Shown piece after piece: positions 1 to 10,660 of a DNA stretch of 64,000 bases. Under the pieces are notes generated by a model that made no database searches, was not told the DNA's origin, and was given only the letters and a program-made list of their open reading frames with translations. A program made the position numbers and the translations under genes. Position 1 is the first letter of the stretch, and each line of letters opens with the position of its first letter. Source of the stretch: Eubacteriales bacterium (lineage in GTDB: Bacteria > Bacillota > Clostridia > Oscillospirales > Butyricicoccaceae); contig JAUNSG010000011.1 in NCBI GenBank assembly GCA_030539335.1, positions 19,238 through 83,237 on the forward strand, in the 5' to 3' direction.

Positions 1-2
1 AC

Positions 3-842
3 TCACCGTCGGAATTGGTGGAAAGAGCAGCGGAGAAAGGTGTAGAACTGATTTCATTAACGGATCATAATTCCGTGCGCGGCGTAGCGGAAGCAAAGCG
101 AATTGCTCGAGCAAAGGGAATTCATTTTATCAATGGCATTGAGCTGGATTGTGTCTGTAGAAGAAAAAATGTACATATTTTGGGGTATGGACTGCCGGAA
201 GAAGCAGAGGAAACTCTGGACAAAATTGAAGAGTCCATTCTTGTACAGGAGCGGTATGCCGGAGGAATTCGAATTGAACTGATTCGGCAGTGCGGAATCG
301 CTGTGGATGGAGCCTGGCTTTTGGAAAACGCGATTAACGGCGTGATTACCGGAGAGCTGATCGCAGAATCTGCGTTGAACCACGAAGCAAACAGGAATTT
401 AAAACTGTTGGATCCGTATCGACCTGGCGGCGAACGGAGTGATTGTCCGTATTTAAATTTCTATTGGGATTTCTGTTCTCATGGAAAGCCGGCATATGTA
501 CCGATTCGATATAAGAGCAGTGCTGAAATTATCCGAATTATCCATGAAAATGACGGAATTGCAATTCTTGCTCATCCCGGAATATCCATTGGTCGGGAGA
601 AACAGATTACAAAGCAGCTGATGGATGAGGGGATTGACGGCATCGAAGTTTATACCAGTTATCATGATGCGGAAATGACACGGTTTTATCGCAATGTCGC
701 AGAGGAAAACAATTTGGTGATGACCTGCGGAAGCGATTATCATGGAAAAACTAAGCCGACCATCGAAATTGGATCCGTAAGTCCGGATGAGGGCTGTTTT
801 ATCATTGAAAAATTCGCATTGAGCTTGCTGGATGCAAGATAA
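3..842 (+). CDS. PHP-domain phosphoesterase (5'-truncated by window edge)
   Basis: LTDHN, GIEL, AHP and GSDYHG PHP motifs; the frame is open from position 3 (SPSELVERA) and the N-terminal HxH motif is missing. Confidence 0.85.
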   Translation, partial: SPSELVERAAEKGVELISLTDHNSVRGVAEAKRIARAKGIHFINGIELDCVCRRKNVHILGYGLPEEAEETLDKIEESILVQERYAGGIRIELIRQCGIAVDGAWLLENAINGVITGELIAESALNHEANRNLKLLDPYRPGGERSDCPYLNFYWDFCSHGKPAYVPIRYKSSAEIIRIIHENDGIAILAHPGISIGREKQITKQLMDEGIDGIEVYTSYHDAEMTRFYRNVAEENNLVMTCGSDYHGKTKPTIEIGSVSPDEGCFIIEKFALSLLDAR

Positions 843-872
843 AACCTAGTTGACAGAAAGGGGATCGTTGAA

Positions 873-1133
873 TTGAAAAACAGTTACGCATTTTTTGCGA
901 ATAAAGAGTGCAGGTATTTTCCTTGTCATGCTGGAGCAGACAGTGAGAATTTTAACTGCTTGTTTTGTTATTGTCCCTTGTATGTCCTTGGTGATCAATG
1001 CGGAGGAAATTTTACGTATTTGGGGAATGGGTATAAGGACTGTAGTACCTGTCTTTATCCCCATAATCCCGACAGTTATGGAAAAATTATAGAGCGATAT
1101 GGTGAGATCGTTCAGATGATGAAAAAGAGATAA
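873..1133 (+). CDS. small cysteine-rich putative metal-binding protein
   Basis: CRYFPCH, FNCLFCYCPLY, KDCSTCLYPH; typical clostridial Cys-rich small domain. Confidence 0.75.
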   Translation: MKNSYAFFANKECRYFPCHAGADSENFNCLFCYCPLYVLGDQCGGNFTYLGNGYKDCSTCLYPHNPDSYGKIIERYGEIVQMMKKR

Positions 1134-1146
1134 TAGGAGAAAAACA

Positions 1147-3783
1147 ATGAAGAAATGGGTATACGAGTTTTCAGAAGGCAATGCAAATATGCGTGAGCTT
1201 CTCGGCGGCAAGGGCGCGAACCTGGCTGAGATGACCAATCTGGGTCTGCCGATTCCGAATGGATTTACTGTTACCACAGAGGCCTGCACTGACTACTATA
1301 TACAGGGAAAGCAGATCTCTCAGGAGATTCAGGATCAGATTTTTGCAGCACTGGCAATTCTGGAGGAACAGCGCGGCAAGAAGTTCGGTGACGAGTCCGA
1401 TCCGATGCTGGTTTCTGTTCGTTCCGGCGCACGAGCATCCATGCCGGGCATGATGGATACCATTCTGAATCTTGGCCTGAATGATATTTCCGTTGAAGGT
1501 TTCGCAAAGAAGACCGGCAATCCGCGCTTTGCATATGACTCTTACCGTCGTTTCATCCAGATGTTCTCTGATGTAGTTATGGAGATGAGCAAGACCTTCT
1601 TCGAAGGCATTCTGGACGAGATCAAAGCTGCAAAGGGTGCAAAATACGATACAGATCTGACGGCAGAAGATCTGAAGGAAGTTATTGCAAAGTATAAGGC
1701 GATTTACGCGGAGAAAATGGGTGCAGAGTTCCCGCAGGACCCGAAGGTTCAGTTGATGGAAGCAGTAAAGGCTGTATTCCGTTCCTGGGACAATCCGCGG
1801 GCTATCGTATATCGTCGTATGAACGATATACCAGGCGACTGGGGCACTGCTGTTAACGTACAGTCGATGGTATTTGGCAACATGGGAGATACCTCCGGCA
1901 CCGGCGTTGCATTCACCCGCAACCCGTCCACCGGCGAAAAAGGTATCTTTGGTGAATACCTGATTAACGCTCAAGGCGAAGACGTAGTAGCAGGTATTCG
2001 TACGCCGCAACCGATTTCCCGTCTGGCGGCGGATCTTCCGGAATGCTACGCACAGTTCATGGAAATCGCTGAGTGTCTGGAGAATCATTATCGGGACATG
2101 CAGGACATGGAGTTCACCATTCAGGAAGGCAACCTGTTTTTCCTGCAGACCAGAAACGGAAAGCGCACTGCTTCGGCAGCGATTAAGATCGCTTGTGACT
2201 TGGTTGACGAAGGAAAAATCACCCCAGAGGAAGCCGTTCTTCGTATTGAGGCGAAGAGCCTTGATCAGCTGCTGCACCCGACCTTTGTTGCTGCTGCACT
2301 AAAGAGCGGCGAAGTAATCGGAGAGGCTCTGCCAGCATCTCCAGGCGCTGCTGCAGGTAAGGTTTATTTCTCTGCGGAAGACGCTAAGGCTGCTCGCGTT
2401 GAGCGCGGCGAAGCGGTTATTCTTGTTCGTCTGGAGACTTCTCCGGAGGATATTGAGGGCATGCATGCAGCGGAGGGCATCCTGACCGTTCGCGGAGGTA
2501 TGACCTCACACGCAGCCGTAGTAGCTCGTGGTATGGGTACTTGCTGCGTATCCGGCTGCGATGAGATTGCCATCGACGAAGAGGCTAAGGTATTCTCCCT
2601 CGGTGGCTATATTTTCCATGAAGGTGATGAGATCTCCCTCGACGGTTCTACCGGCAAGATTTATAAGGGTCTGATTCAGACTCAGGAAGCTTCTGTTGGC
2701 GGTGACTTCGCCCGTATCATGGCTTGGGCAGATGAGTTCCGCCGTCTGCAGGTTCGCACCAATGCGGATACTCCCTCCGACACTGCAAATGCAGTTCGTC
2801 TGGGCGCCGAGGGCATCGGCCTGTGCCGTACCGAGCATATGTTCTTCGAATCGGATCGTATTCCGAAGATCCGTAAGATGATTCTGTCTGACACCGTTGA
2901 GCAGCGTGAGTCAGCTCTGGCTGAGCTCCTTCCATTTCAGAAAGCAGACTTCAAGGTTATGTATACTGCACTGAATGGCCGTCCGATGACCGTTCGTTAT
3001 CTCGATCCACCGCTTCATGAGTTTGTCCCAACCGATCCGGAAGACATCGCAGTTCTGGCATCCGATATGGGTATGACTGCGGAACAGGTTCAGCAAAAGT
3101 GTGACGACCTCCATGAGTTCAACCCAATGATGGGCCATCGTGGTTGCCGTCTGGCTGTTACTTATCCGGAAATTGCTAAGATGCAGACCCGTGCGGTAAT
3201 GGAGGCCGCGATCGAGGTTCAGGAAGAGACCGGCAAGGCTATCGTCCCGGAAATCATGATCCCACTGGTAGGCGAGCGCAAAGAACTGAAGTTTGTGAAG
3301 GATATCGTTGTTGAGACTGCTGAGCAGGTTAAGTACGAAAAGAGAAGCGATATGGAATACCACATCGGTACTATGATTGAGATCCCGCGTGCAGCTCTGC
3401 TGGCTGACGAGATCGCTCAGGAAGCAGATTTCTTCTCCTTTGGCACCAACGACCTGACCCAGATGACCTTTGGCTTCTCGCGTGATGACTCCGGCAAGTT
3501 CCTGGATTCTTACTACAGTGCGAAGATTTACGAGTCCGACCCATTTTCCCGTCTCGACCGGAACGGCGTAGGCCAGCTGGTTAAACTGGCTACAGAGCGC
3601 GGCAAGGCTATCCGTCCGAACATCAAGCTTGGTATCTGCGGCGAGCACGGCGGCGATCCGGACTCGGTTGAGTTCTGTCACAAGGTTGGTCTGAACTATG
3701 TGTCCTGCTCGCCGTTCCGCGTGCCGATTGCACGTCTGGCAGCGGCACAGGCAGCGCTGCGAAATCCCGATTCATATAAATAA
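1147..3783 (+). CDS. ppdK: pyruvate, phosphate dikinase
   Basis: 878 aa; LLGGKGANLAEM, VSVRSGA, GGMTSHAAVVAR (phospho-His), GICGEHGGDP; RBS GGAG. Confidence 0.98.
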   Translation: MKKWVYEFSEGNANMRELLGGKGANLAEMTNLGLPIPNGFTVTTEACTDYYIQGKQISQEIQDQIFAALAILEEQRGKKFGDESDPMLVSVRSGARASMPGMMDTILNLGLNDISVEGFAKKTGNPRFAYDSYRRFIQMFSDVVMEMSKTFFEGILDEIKAAKGAKYDTDLTAEDLKEVIAKYKAIYAEKMGAEFPQDPKVQLMEAVKAVFRSWDNPRAIVYRRMNDIPGDWGTAVNVQSMVFGNMGDTSGTGVAFTRNPSTGEKGIFGEYLINAQGEDVVAGIRTPQPISRLAADLPECYAQFMEIAECLENHYRDMQDMEFTIQEGNLFFLQTRNGKRTASAAIKIACDLVDEGKITPEEAVLRIEAKSLDQLLHPTFVAAALKSGEVIGEALPASPGAAAGKVYFSAEDAKAARVERGEAVILVRLETSPEDIEGMHAAEGILTVRGGMTSHAAVVARGMGTCCVSGCDEIAIDEEAKVFSLGGYIFHEGDEISLDGSTGKIYKGLIQTQEASVGGDFARIMAWADEFRRLQVRTNADTPSDTANAVRLGAEGIGLCRTEHMFFESDRIPKIRKMILSDTVEQRESALAELLPFQKADFKVMYTALNGRPMTVRYLDPPLHEFVPTDPEDIAVLASDMGMTAEQVQQKCDDLHEFNPMMGHRGCRLAVTYPEIAKMQTRAVMEAAIEVQEETGKAIVPEIMIPLVGERKELKFVKDIVVETAEQVKYEKRSDMEYHIGTMIEIPRAALLADEIAQEADFFSFGTNDLTQMTFGFSRDDSGKFLDSYYSAKIYESDPFSRLDRNGVGQLVKLATERGKAIRPNIKLGICGEHGGDPDSVEFCHKVGLNYVSCSPFRVPIARLAAAQAALRNPDSYK

Positions 3784-3855
3784 CTTGGTATTTGACTCGT
3801 GGCCTCACTTGCTTGGATTTCTGGCAATAGTAACCTTTTTTTGGTCATGATAATA

Positions 3856-3899
3856 CCCCCTGATGTAGTACATTCGTTTTCCTACATCAGGGGGCTTTT
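3856..3899 (+). terminator. intrinsic terminator after ppdK
   Basis: CCCCCTGATGTAG / CTACATCAGGGGG stem followed by a T run. Confidence 0.8.
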
Positions 3900-4011
3900 G
3901 TCTATTGTCCGTTTTTTCTGGATCTGTTCAAAATCTGCCGGCGGTTTTAATCTGTTAAAAATGTCTGATTAGCGGGAAAAGAGCAGTTTCCAGATAGGCG
4001 GCAAGAATGTA

Positions 4012-5529
4012 TTATGCTTCTTCAGATGCGGTTGCGTGAATAAAATGCTCAATGCGGTAGGAAACGCGCAGCAGAAAACGAAGAGAGGGATCTTCTAAGT
4101 TCAGGTTTCCGATTTCAGCAATGCGGTCCAGACGGTAGGCCAGTGAATTTCGATGGATAAACAATGCATTGGCCGTTTCTTTGCTGTTGCACCAGCATTC
4201 CAGATAAACCTCCAGCGTATGGTGAAGATCGTTCCCGGTCTGCTTGTCGTGCTCTTTGAGCAGGGATAGGGCAGGGTGGATATAGTTCTTCAGCGTGGAG
4301 GAACGGGGGATTTGGTCGATTAGATCATAGAACTGCAGATCGACATAACGGCAAAAACGATTGGAATTGCCGAGCTGTTGATTCAGAGAAATTGCGGTGG
4401 AAGCCTGACGATACGAAAGAGAAAATTGCGAAATATCAGAAAATAGATTGGACATCCCAAGATATAGATTTTCTTTTTCCAATAGTCCTTCCAGTTGCGT
4501 TTGATACTCTTCCGGAAGATCCTTCATCGGCAAAGGCAGCAGGACGGCGATCGAATTCTCATGAACGGTCAGATAAGCTTCTGGAAGGATGAGAAGAATC
4601 TGACGGAGTATGTTCTGGAAGGGTTGTCTTTTCTTTAAATCGTGTGTTTGAATGCACAAGGCATACATTTGATTGGATAGCTTTAGCAAATTGGGAGAGG
4701 TATCGAGGCGTTCTAAAGGAGTCCCGATTAGGAGGTCGTCCAGCAACTGCTGGTACTTGCCGGTATGCTGTACAATATCCGGCTGATACCGATTGATGGT
4801 GTAGCTGAGCGCCCGGCTGACGTCGCGCATCGACTCCAAATGAGCCGATGAGAGCGAGACCTCCCCTTCAATCATCAGGACAAATCCGATCTGGACACCA
4901 TTTAGGAAGACCTTGCTGCTGCATTTCCGGTGCGGAGATTCCGGACAGGTCACCTCAATCGCATCGGTAGTGAACGTAGCCTTTCGCACCGTTTCCAACT
5001 GCTGCACGGCGCAGATGAATTCATAATTGCAAAACCCCTTTTCTACATTCTCTTTCCAGAGAAAATCCGTGACGGGAATGGTCGTGGAGTGGGAAAGGAT
5101 ACGGAATTTCATGTCGCAGAAAATCAAAGAATTTCCCAGCTTTAATGATGCCATATTCAAAACGGCATCGACATTGTGACTCTCGTTGGCCCGCTCGGCC
5201 AGCTCTTCGTATAAACTCCGCTGTGCGTGCGCAGAGATATACTGCTTGGCGGAATTGAAGGCGGCAAACAGAAACGGTGGTTCCACAGCGGCCAGATCAC
5301 TACAGGAGAAAGAAAACAGACCGGGAGAGACATCGGCCAAAATACATTGCTCCGGCTGAACGTTATTGGAAAGGGATTCCGCATAGCCGAAGTATACGAT
5401 TTGATCCGAAAATGTGGTTTGCTGGCCATCCAAAAGCGCAACATCCTTTATTTCATGAATATCGCTGATGCATATCGTGCGGATGGAAATCGTGTTCGAT
5501 AGATGCTGAAGCAGCTGTGAAAACAACAT
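4012..5529 (-). CDS. PucR/CdaR-family transcriptional regulator
   Basis: C-terminal TLEVYLECWCNSKETANALFIHRNSLAYRL HTH; likely start MLFSQ at 5529 after a GGGGGA RBS; divergent from the OYE-ADC gene. Confidence 0.9.
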   Translation of the reverse strand: MLFSQLLQHLSNTISIRTICISDIHEIKDVALLDGQQTTFSDQIVYFGYAESLSNNVQPEQCILADVSPGLFSFSCSDLAAVEPPFLFAAFNSAKQYISAHAQRSLYEELAERANESHNVDAVLNMASLKLGNSLIFCDMKFRILSHSTTIPVTDFLWKENVEKGFCNYEFICAVQQLETVRKATFTTDAIEVTCPESPHRKCSSKVFLNGVQIGFVLMIEGEVSLSSAHLESMRDVSRALSYTINRYQPDIVQHTGKYQQLLDDLLIGTPLERLDTSPNLLKLSNQMYALCIQTHDLKKRQPFQNILRQILLILPEAYLTVHENSIAVLLPLPMKDLPEEYQTQLEGLLEKENLYLGMSNLFSDISQFSLSYRQASTAISLNQQLGNSNRFCRYVDLQFYDLIDQIPRSSTLKNYIHPALSLLKEHDKQTGNDLHHTLEVYLECWCNSKETANALFIHRNSLAYRLDRIAEIGNLNLEDPSLRFLLRVSYRIEHFIHATASEEA

Positions 5530-5701
5530 AGGATGTCCCCCCCTTTTTTTCGGATAACGGAATGTTTTCTTCAGTATAGTGCGCCGTGCACAAAAGGTCA
5601 AGCATTTTTTAGGATGTATGCCGTTGTTTTGCACAGAACAAAACCGATAAAATGAATGCAACAAAAAAGACATTCTACGTCTGGGAAGAGGAGGAAACGA
5701 C

Positions 5702-8512
5702 ATGTATCAGAAGTTATTCGAATCCGGAAATATTGGCAAGGTAACGCTGAAAAATCGTCTCGTGATGTCTCCGATGGGCATTGGCCTGGCAGAGATGGAC
5801 GGCTCTCCGTCAGAGGATATGATCGCATTTTATGAAGCCCGTGCGATTGGCGGGGCCGGATTGATTATTCCAGAGATTACCCGTGTCAATGATATGCACG
5901 GAGCTGGTATGATGCGCCAGCTGTCTGTGACAAGGGATCGCAATGTGGAGGGTCTGGCCCGGCTGGCAGCGGCGATCCATAAGCATGGAAGCCGCATTTT
6001 TATTCAGCTGCATCATCCGGGCCGCGAGACGGTCACGGCATTGACCGGAGGGCCGGTGGTTTCGGCCTCTGCGATTCCATGTAAATATTTGCAGCAGGAA
6101 ACGCGTGCACTGACGACGGAGGAAGTCAAGCAGCTGATCGGACAGTTTATTGACGGTGCGGTTCGAGTCCAAAGGGCGGGATGTGACGGTGTGGAGCTGC
6201 ACGCTGCGCATGGATATCTGCTCCAGCAGTTCTTATCCCCGTATACGAATAAGAGAGAGGATGAATACGGCGGATCGTTTGAGAACCGCTTGCGCATGGT
6301 GAAGGAAATTATCGCGGGCATCCGCGAAGCGTGCGGTGCCGATTTCCCGATCGGCGTCCGTCTCAGTGTAGAAGAATTCCTGGATCAAACCGGAGTGACG
6401 GAAGATTACATTCATATTCAGGATGGCATCAAAATTGCCATGGCGCTGGAACAGAGTGGAATTGATTTTATCGATGTCTCGGTTGGTCTGTATGAGACGG
6501 GAAGCACCTGTGTGGAGCCGATTTCATTCCCGCAGGGCTGGCGGCGCGAGCTGCTCAAGGCGGTCAAGGATCATGTTTCCATTCCAGTGATCGGTGTCTC
6601 ATCGATCCGGGAACCGGCGGTTGCAGAAAAGATGTTGGAAGACGGCATTGAGGACTTTGTTTCCATGGGACGCAGCTGGCTGGCGGATGAACAGTGGGGC
6701 AGAAAGGTCCAGGAAGGCCGGGAAGAAGATCTGTGTAAATGTATCAACTGCCTGCGCTGCTTCGAGAGCCTGAATCAGTGGAACGGCGCCGGAATCCCGG
6801 CAGAATGCGCCCTGAACCCACGGATGGCGCGGGAGAAAAAATATGGCGATCTGATCTATGACCAGGAAGGCCATACCGCTGTTGTTGTTGGCGGAGGTCC
6901 GAGCGGCATGATCGCGGCCAAAACACTGGCAGAGCGCGGTGTGAAGGTTACATTGATTGACCGCGGCGAGGAATTGGGCGGCACGATCAATCTGGCGAAA
7001 AAGCCTCCGCTCAAGGAGCGGATGCAGTGGATCGCCGATTATTACCAGACGGCGTTGGATAAGCTGGGGGTTACGATCCAGCGGAACACAGAGGCAACGG
7101 CAGATCAGATTGCCGCGATGGCGCCGGATGCGGTGATTGTAGCGACGGGATCGAAGTCGGTGGTTCCATCGAAAATACCGGGAATCCAGCGTGAAACAGT
7201 ACATACGATTGAGGATGTTCTGTCCGGAAAGATTGCGCTGTCCGGAAAGAAGGTTGTCGTGGTCGGCGCAGGAAGCACGGGCATTGAGACCGCAGAATAT
7301 CTCTGCGCAGCCGGCAATACAGTGACGATTGCGGATATGCTGGACAAGGTTGCACCGAATGCAAACCATACCAATGTAGCGGACACTTGCGGCAGATTGC
7401 GCAAGTATGGGGCACAATTCCTTCTGGGTCATGCGCTGAAGGAAATCCAGGAAGGAAGTGTTGTTCTGGACCGTCAGAGCGACCACGAAGCGGTCACGGT
7501 TCCGGCAGATGCCGTTGTACTCTCCCTTGGATTCCGGCCGGACAATGGACTGGCACAGGAATTGAAGGAAAAAGGGATTCCGGTTGTTGTGACCGGCAAT
7601 GCCGTGAAGGACGGTACGATTGCCCCGGCGACCCGCAGCGGATACGAAGCCGCGCGAAAGCTGTTTGTCCGGGAAGAAAAGCGGCCGAGCTTCCTCACAG
7701 CCCCGGAGGAACTTCCGAATTTTGGAAAGGTTTCCCTGATGAAGAATCAGGAGGGAATCTATCTGGCATACTTGACGGACCCGGCTGCGATTGCGCGTCT
7801 CCTTCCGCCGCCGCTCAAGCCGTTTTCCGTTCCGGTGGTCACCCTGTCGGCATGTCATGTCAAGGAGCCGACCTTTGCGGACGATTATTATGAAGCGATC
7901 CTCGGCGTTTATTGTACGTATGGCAAGACACTGGGCCTGTATCCGATCGGACTGGTGCTGGGCGGCCCGGGCGCGGAGATGGCAGTGCAGTGTGGACGTG
8001 ACAACGGCTCCATCCCGAAAAAGCTCGGCGCAGAATTTGTGATCCGCCGCAATGGAAATGCGGTTACGGCACAGGTAACACGGCGCGGCACACAGCTTGT
8101 GGATGTGACGATGGAATTGGGCGAATACAACAATGCGATGACCGGCGTACTGTATCAGTTCCCGGAGGCAGGGAAAAAGACATATGGCGGCGGATTCTAT
8201 TTCCATCTGGATCGCGAGCCGGATGAAGCGGGGGTATCGCACTTCCAGAACGGCGCACTGCTGCAGAACTTGTGTGAATACAACTACCATTCCTGGGAGC
8301 CAGGCTTTGCCCGGCTGACGCTGCAATCCTCGATAGATGATCCATGGGCGGAGCTGCCGATCCATACAATCGTTGGCGGCGCATATTCCTGCAATGACCT
8401 GATGGTACACAAGCTGAATCTGGCAGAGAGGCTGGATGCCGATGAAATTGTTCCGTATCTGCTGACGGGTCGGTATGACCGTACCGCATTTATGGAAACC
8501 GGAAGAGTATAA
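5702..8512 (+). CDS. NADH:flavin oxidoreductase (OYE TIM barrel + 4Fe-4S + FAD/NAD domains) fused to a C-terminal acetoacetate-decarboxylase-family domain
   Basis: ELHAAHGYL, CINCLRC, VVGGGPSG and VVGAGSTG; from about aa 660 an ADC-like domain with GRDNGSIPKKLG (Schiff-base Lys pair). Confidence 0.88.
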   Translation: MYQKLFESGNIGKVTLKNRLVMSPMGIGLAEMDGSPSEDMIAFYEARAIGGAGLIIPEITRVNDMHGAGMMRQLSVTRDRNVEGLARLAAAIHKHGSRIFIQLHHPGRETVTALTGGPVVSASAIPCKYLQQETRALTTEEVKQLIGQFIDGAVRVQRAGCDGVELHAAHGYLLQQFLSPYTNKREDEYGGSFENRLRMVKEIIAGIREACGADFPIGVRLSVEEFLDQTGVTEDYIHIQDGIKIAMALEQSGIDFIDVSVGLYETGSTCVEPISFPQGWRRELLKAVKDHVSIPVIGVSSIREPAVAEKMLEDGIEDFVSMGRSWLADEQWGRKVQEGREEDLCKCINCLRCFESLNQWNGAGIPAECALNPRMAREKKYGDLIYDQEGHTAVVVGGGPSGMIAAKTLAERGVKVTLIDRGEELGGTINLAKKPPLKERMQWIADYYQTALDKLGVTIQRNTEATADQIAAMAPDAVIVATGSKSVVPSKIPGIQRETVHTIEDVLSGKIALSGKKVVVVGAGSTGIETAEYLCAAGNTVTIADMLDKVAPNANHTNVADTCGRLRKYGAQFLLGHALKEIQEGSVVLDRQSDHEAVTVPADAVVLSLGFRPDNGLAQELKEKGIPVVVTGNAVKDGTIAPATRSGYEAARKLFVREEKRPSFLTAPEELPNFGKVSLMKNQEGIYLAYLTDPAAIARLLPPPLKPFSVPVVTLSACHVKEPTFADDYYEAILGVYCTYGKTLGLYPIGLVLGGPGAEMAVQCGRDNGSIPKKLGAEFVIRRNGNAVTAQVTRRGTQLVDVTMELGEYNNAMTGVLYQFPEAGKKTYGGGFYFHLDREPDEAGVSHFQNGALLQNLCEYNYHSWEPGFARLTLQSSIDDPWAELPIHTIVGGAYSCNDLMVHKLNLAERLDADEIVPYLLTGRYDRTAFMETGRV

Positions 8513-8547
8513 GGATTGGCCGAAAGAGCAGAAAGGAAGCTTGACAT

Positions 8548-9303
8548 ATGAAATTGCAAAATAAAGTAGCCATCATTACTGGCTCCACACGTGGTATTGG
8601 ACGGGCAACGGCAAAATTATTTGCCAAGGAAGGCGCCAAGGTTGTCGTCGTCGGCACAAAGGAAGAGCTTGGCGAGAGCTGTGTCGCGGAAATCCGGCAG
8701 GATGGCGGCGAAGCTATTTTCTGCAAGACGGATGTGACGAGTGAAGCGAGCTTGGATGCGCTGCTTCAGGCCTCGTTGGATGCGTTTGGAAGACTTGATA
8801 TCCTGGTCAACAATGCCGGTGTCGGCGGGACTACCGCCAATATGAACCAGATCACCATGGAGGAATGGGATACCGTGCTGGCAACAAACCTGACCGCGCC
8901 GTTTGTCCTTTGTAAGAAGGTCATTCCGCTCATGGAAGAGCAGGGCGGCGGTACGATCGTCAACATTGCTTCCATGGCATCGACGGCAGCCGGACGCGGC
9001 GGACTGGCCTATACGGCGGCAAAGCATGGCCTGCTGGGTCTGACCCGTCAGATGTCCTTGGATCATGGACGCACAGGCATCCGTGTCAATGCCGTCCTTC
9101 CGGGACCGATTGATACAGAAATGATTGCCCGGGTCCTGGCAGTACCGCAGCACCCGGTTACGATGAAAGTAAAAATGAGCCCGGCAACGCGCCCCGGCAA
9201 GCCGGAAGAAGTTGCACAGGCCATTGCGTTCCTGGCAAGTGAGGAATCGTCCTTCATCCATGGAGCTGCGCTGGCGGTAGACGGTGGGTACACCATTTTC
9301 TAA
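8548..9303 (+). CDS. short-chain dehydrogenase/reductase
   Basis: TGSTRGIG, NNAG, YTAAK. Confidence 0.92.
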   Translation: MKLQNKVAIITGSTRGIGRATAKLFAKEGAKVVVVGTKEELGESCVAEIRQDGGEAIFCKTDVTSEASLDALLQASLDAFGRLDILVNNAGVGGTTANMNQITMEEWDTVLATNLTAPFVLCKKVIPLMEEQGGGTIVNIASMASTAAGRGGLAYTAAKHGLLGLTRQMSLDHGRTGIRVNAVLPGPIDTEMIARVLAVPQHPVTMKVKMSPATRPGKPEEVAQAIAFLASEESSFIHGAALAVDGGYTIF

Positions 9304-9602
9304 AGCGGAAAAGCATTCCGTAATAGGGATGATCCATTTGGAAGAAAAAGAAGCAATCACGGATAGGCAAACCAGAATTGGTGCGCTTATCCGTGATCTT
9401 TTTATGGAGCGAAACATGCTGATCGGCTGCGCGGGTTTGAAATAGACCGCGATGAGAAAAGCAATTGGTGATGCCGGATACACAAGCAGAGCATTTACCA
9501 ATTGCCAGAGCGGACAGGCCTCTTATACTGTCGCCATAAGAAAAACAGCTTTTCCGCCATGTTTGGGATATCCCATCTCTGGTCTGCAAAGCTGTTTTGC
9601 GT

Positions 9603-10169
9603 TCAATCATTCGGATCAATTTTTCGTATCACTCTGCATGGAACACCTCCTGCAAGCGAGTGATCCGGTATATCTGCGGTCACAACACTTCCTGCCGCAA
9701 TCACACACCCGGTTCCAATCGTCACGCCTGGCAGCACGGTTACATTTGCTCCTAGCCATACATGATCGCCGATGGTAATTGCCTTTGCCTGTTCCAGCCC
9801 CTGATCCCGCTCTCGATACGAAAGCGGATGATTTGCCGTATAAAATCCACAGGACGGACCGATAAATGCGTAATCGCCGATTGTAATCGGTGCACCGTCC
9901 ATAAAATAGCAATTCAAATTGACAAAAACCTTTTTTCCAAACTGGATATTCGTTCCATAATCGCAGAAAAACGGACTGCTGATCGCAAGCTCTTCCGGCT
10001 TGTAACCCAGCAGCTCTTCCAGTTTTTGCTGACGCTGTATCTCATCGCTCGGTCGGATGCGATTCAGCTCGTAGCACAGGTCCATCGCGTGTGTCCGTTC
10101 ATCCAGCAGATGTTTGTCGTAATTGGCATTATACCACTCTCCAGCCTTCATCTTTTGTTCTTCGGTCAT
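9603..10169 (-). CDS. maltose/galactoside O-acetyltransferase family protein
   Basis: Mac-type N-terminus, PFFCDYGTNI, hexapeptide repeats, AGGVPCRVIR. Confidence 0.9.
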   Translation of the reverse strand: MTEEQKMKAGEWYNANYDKHLLDERTHAMDLCYELNRIRPSDEIQRQQKLEELLGYKPEELAISSPFFCDYGTNIQFGKKVFVNLNCYFMDGAPITIGDYAFIGPSCGFYTANHPLSYRERDQGLEQAKAITIGDHVWLGANVTVLPGVTIGTGCVIAAGSVVTADIPDHSLAGGVPCRVIRKIDPND

Positions 10170-10330
10170 CGGTTCCTCCTTGGTTGTTCAAATTCACGGT
10201 TCATAGGATTTGCATACCCTGGTGTACCATATACATTTGTAGGTTCGTAATGGGGAGAACTCCTTCTGTGATCTTTCCTGTCCGCGTTGACGCTCGATAA
10301 CGAAGGGGCCGCTTTTGAATAATTGATTTT

Positions 10331-10367
10331 ATATTAATATATTATACTTGCGTTTGGATCTTGTCAA
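10331..10367 (-). promoter_or_regulatory. sigmaA promoter with overlapping GntR-type operator (acetyltransferase)
   Basis: minus strand TTGACA (10367-10362)-N17-TAATAT (10344-10339); ATATTAATATATTA at 10331-10344. Confidence 0.75.
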
Positions 10368-10586
10368 CCTAGGATTCTTCCGCTTCGCAGGGTCGCCCTA
10401 TTCTGCCTCACAGCTATAATTTCAGAGAGGTTGCATCAAGGGCGGATACACGGTTCTCTCAGATCGTCGAAGTCTTCGCAGGCGGGATGCACCATTCACA
10501 AAACTGGATTGCATAGATCGCATCGAGTGCTATCTCATGCAGCAGACGGTATCGGATAATATGGAAAGAAAATGATAGATTACTAC

Positions 10587-10624
10587 TTGACAAAATGGCA
10601 CAAATAAACTAATATATTAATATA
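10587..10624 (+). promoter_or_regulatory. sigmaA promoter with operator (ALDH)
   Basis: TTGACA 10587-10592, N17, TAATAT 10610-10615, within TAATATATTAATATA. Confidence 0.8.
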
Positions 10625-10660
10625 CCAAAAAGGCTTTGGACAGAAAGGCAGGTTGAAAGA

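Noticed and set aside
10400-10500. Glycine- or cobalamin-riboswitch-like sequence (CAGAGAGG...CTCTCAG)
   Set aside because: The conserved core elements are missing and it lies upstream of the ALDH promoter, so it would not be in the transcript.
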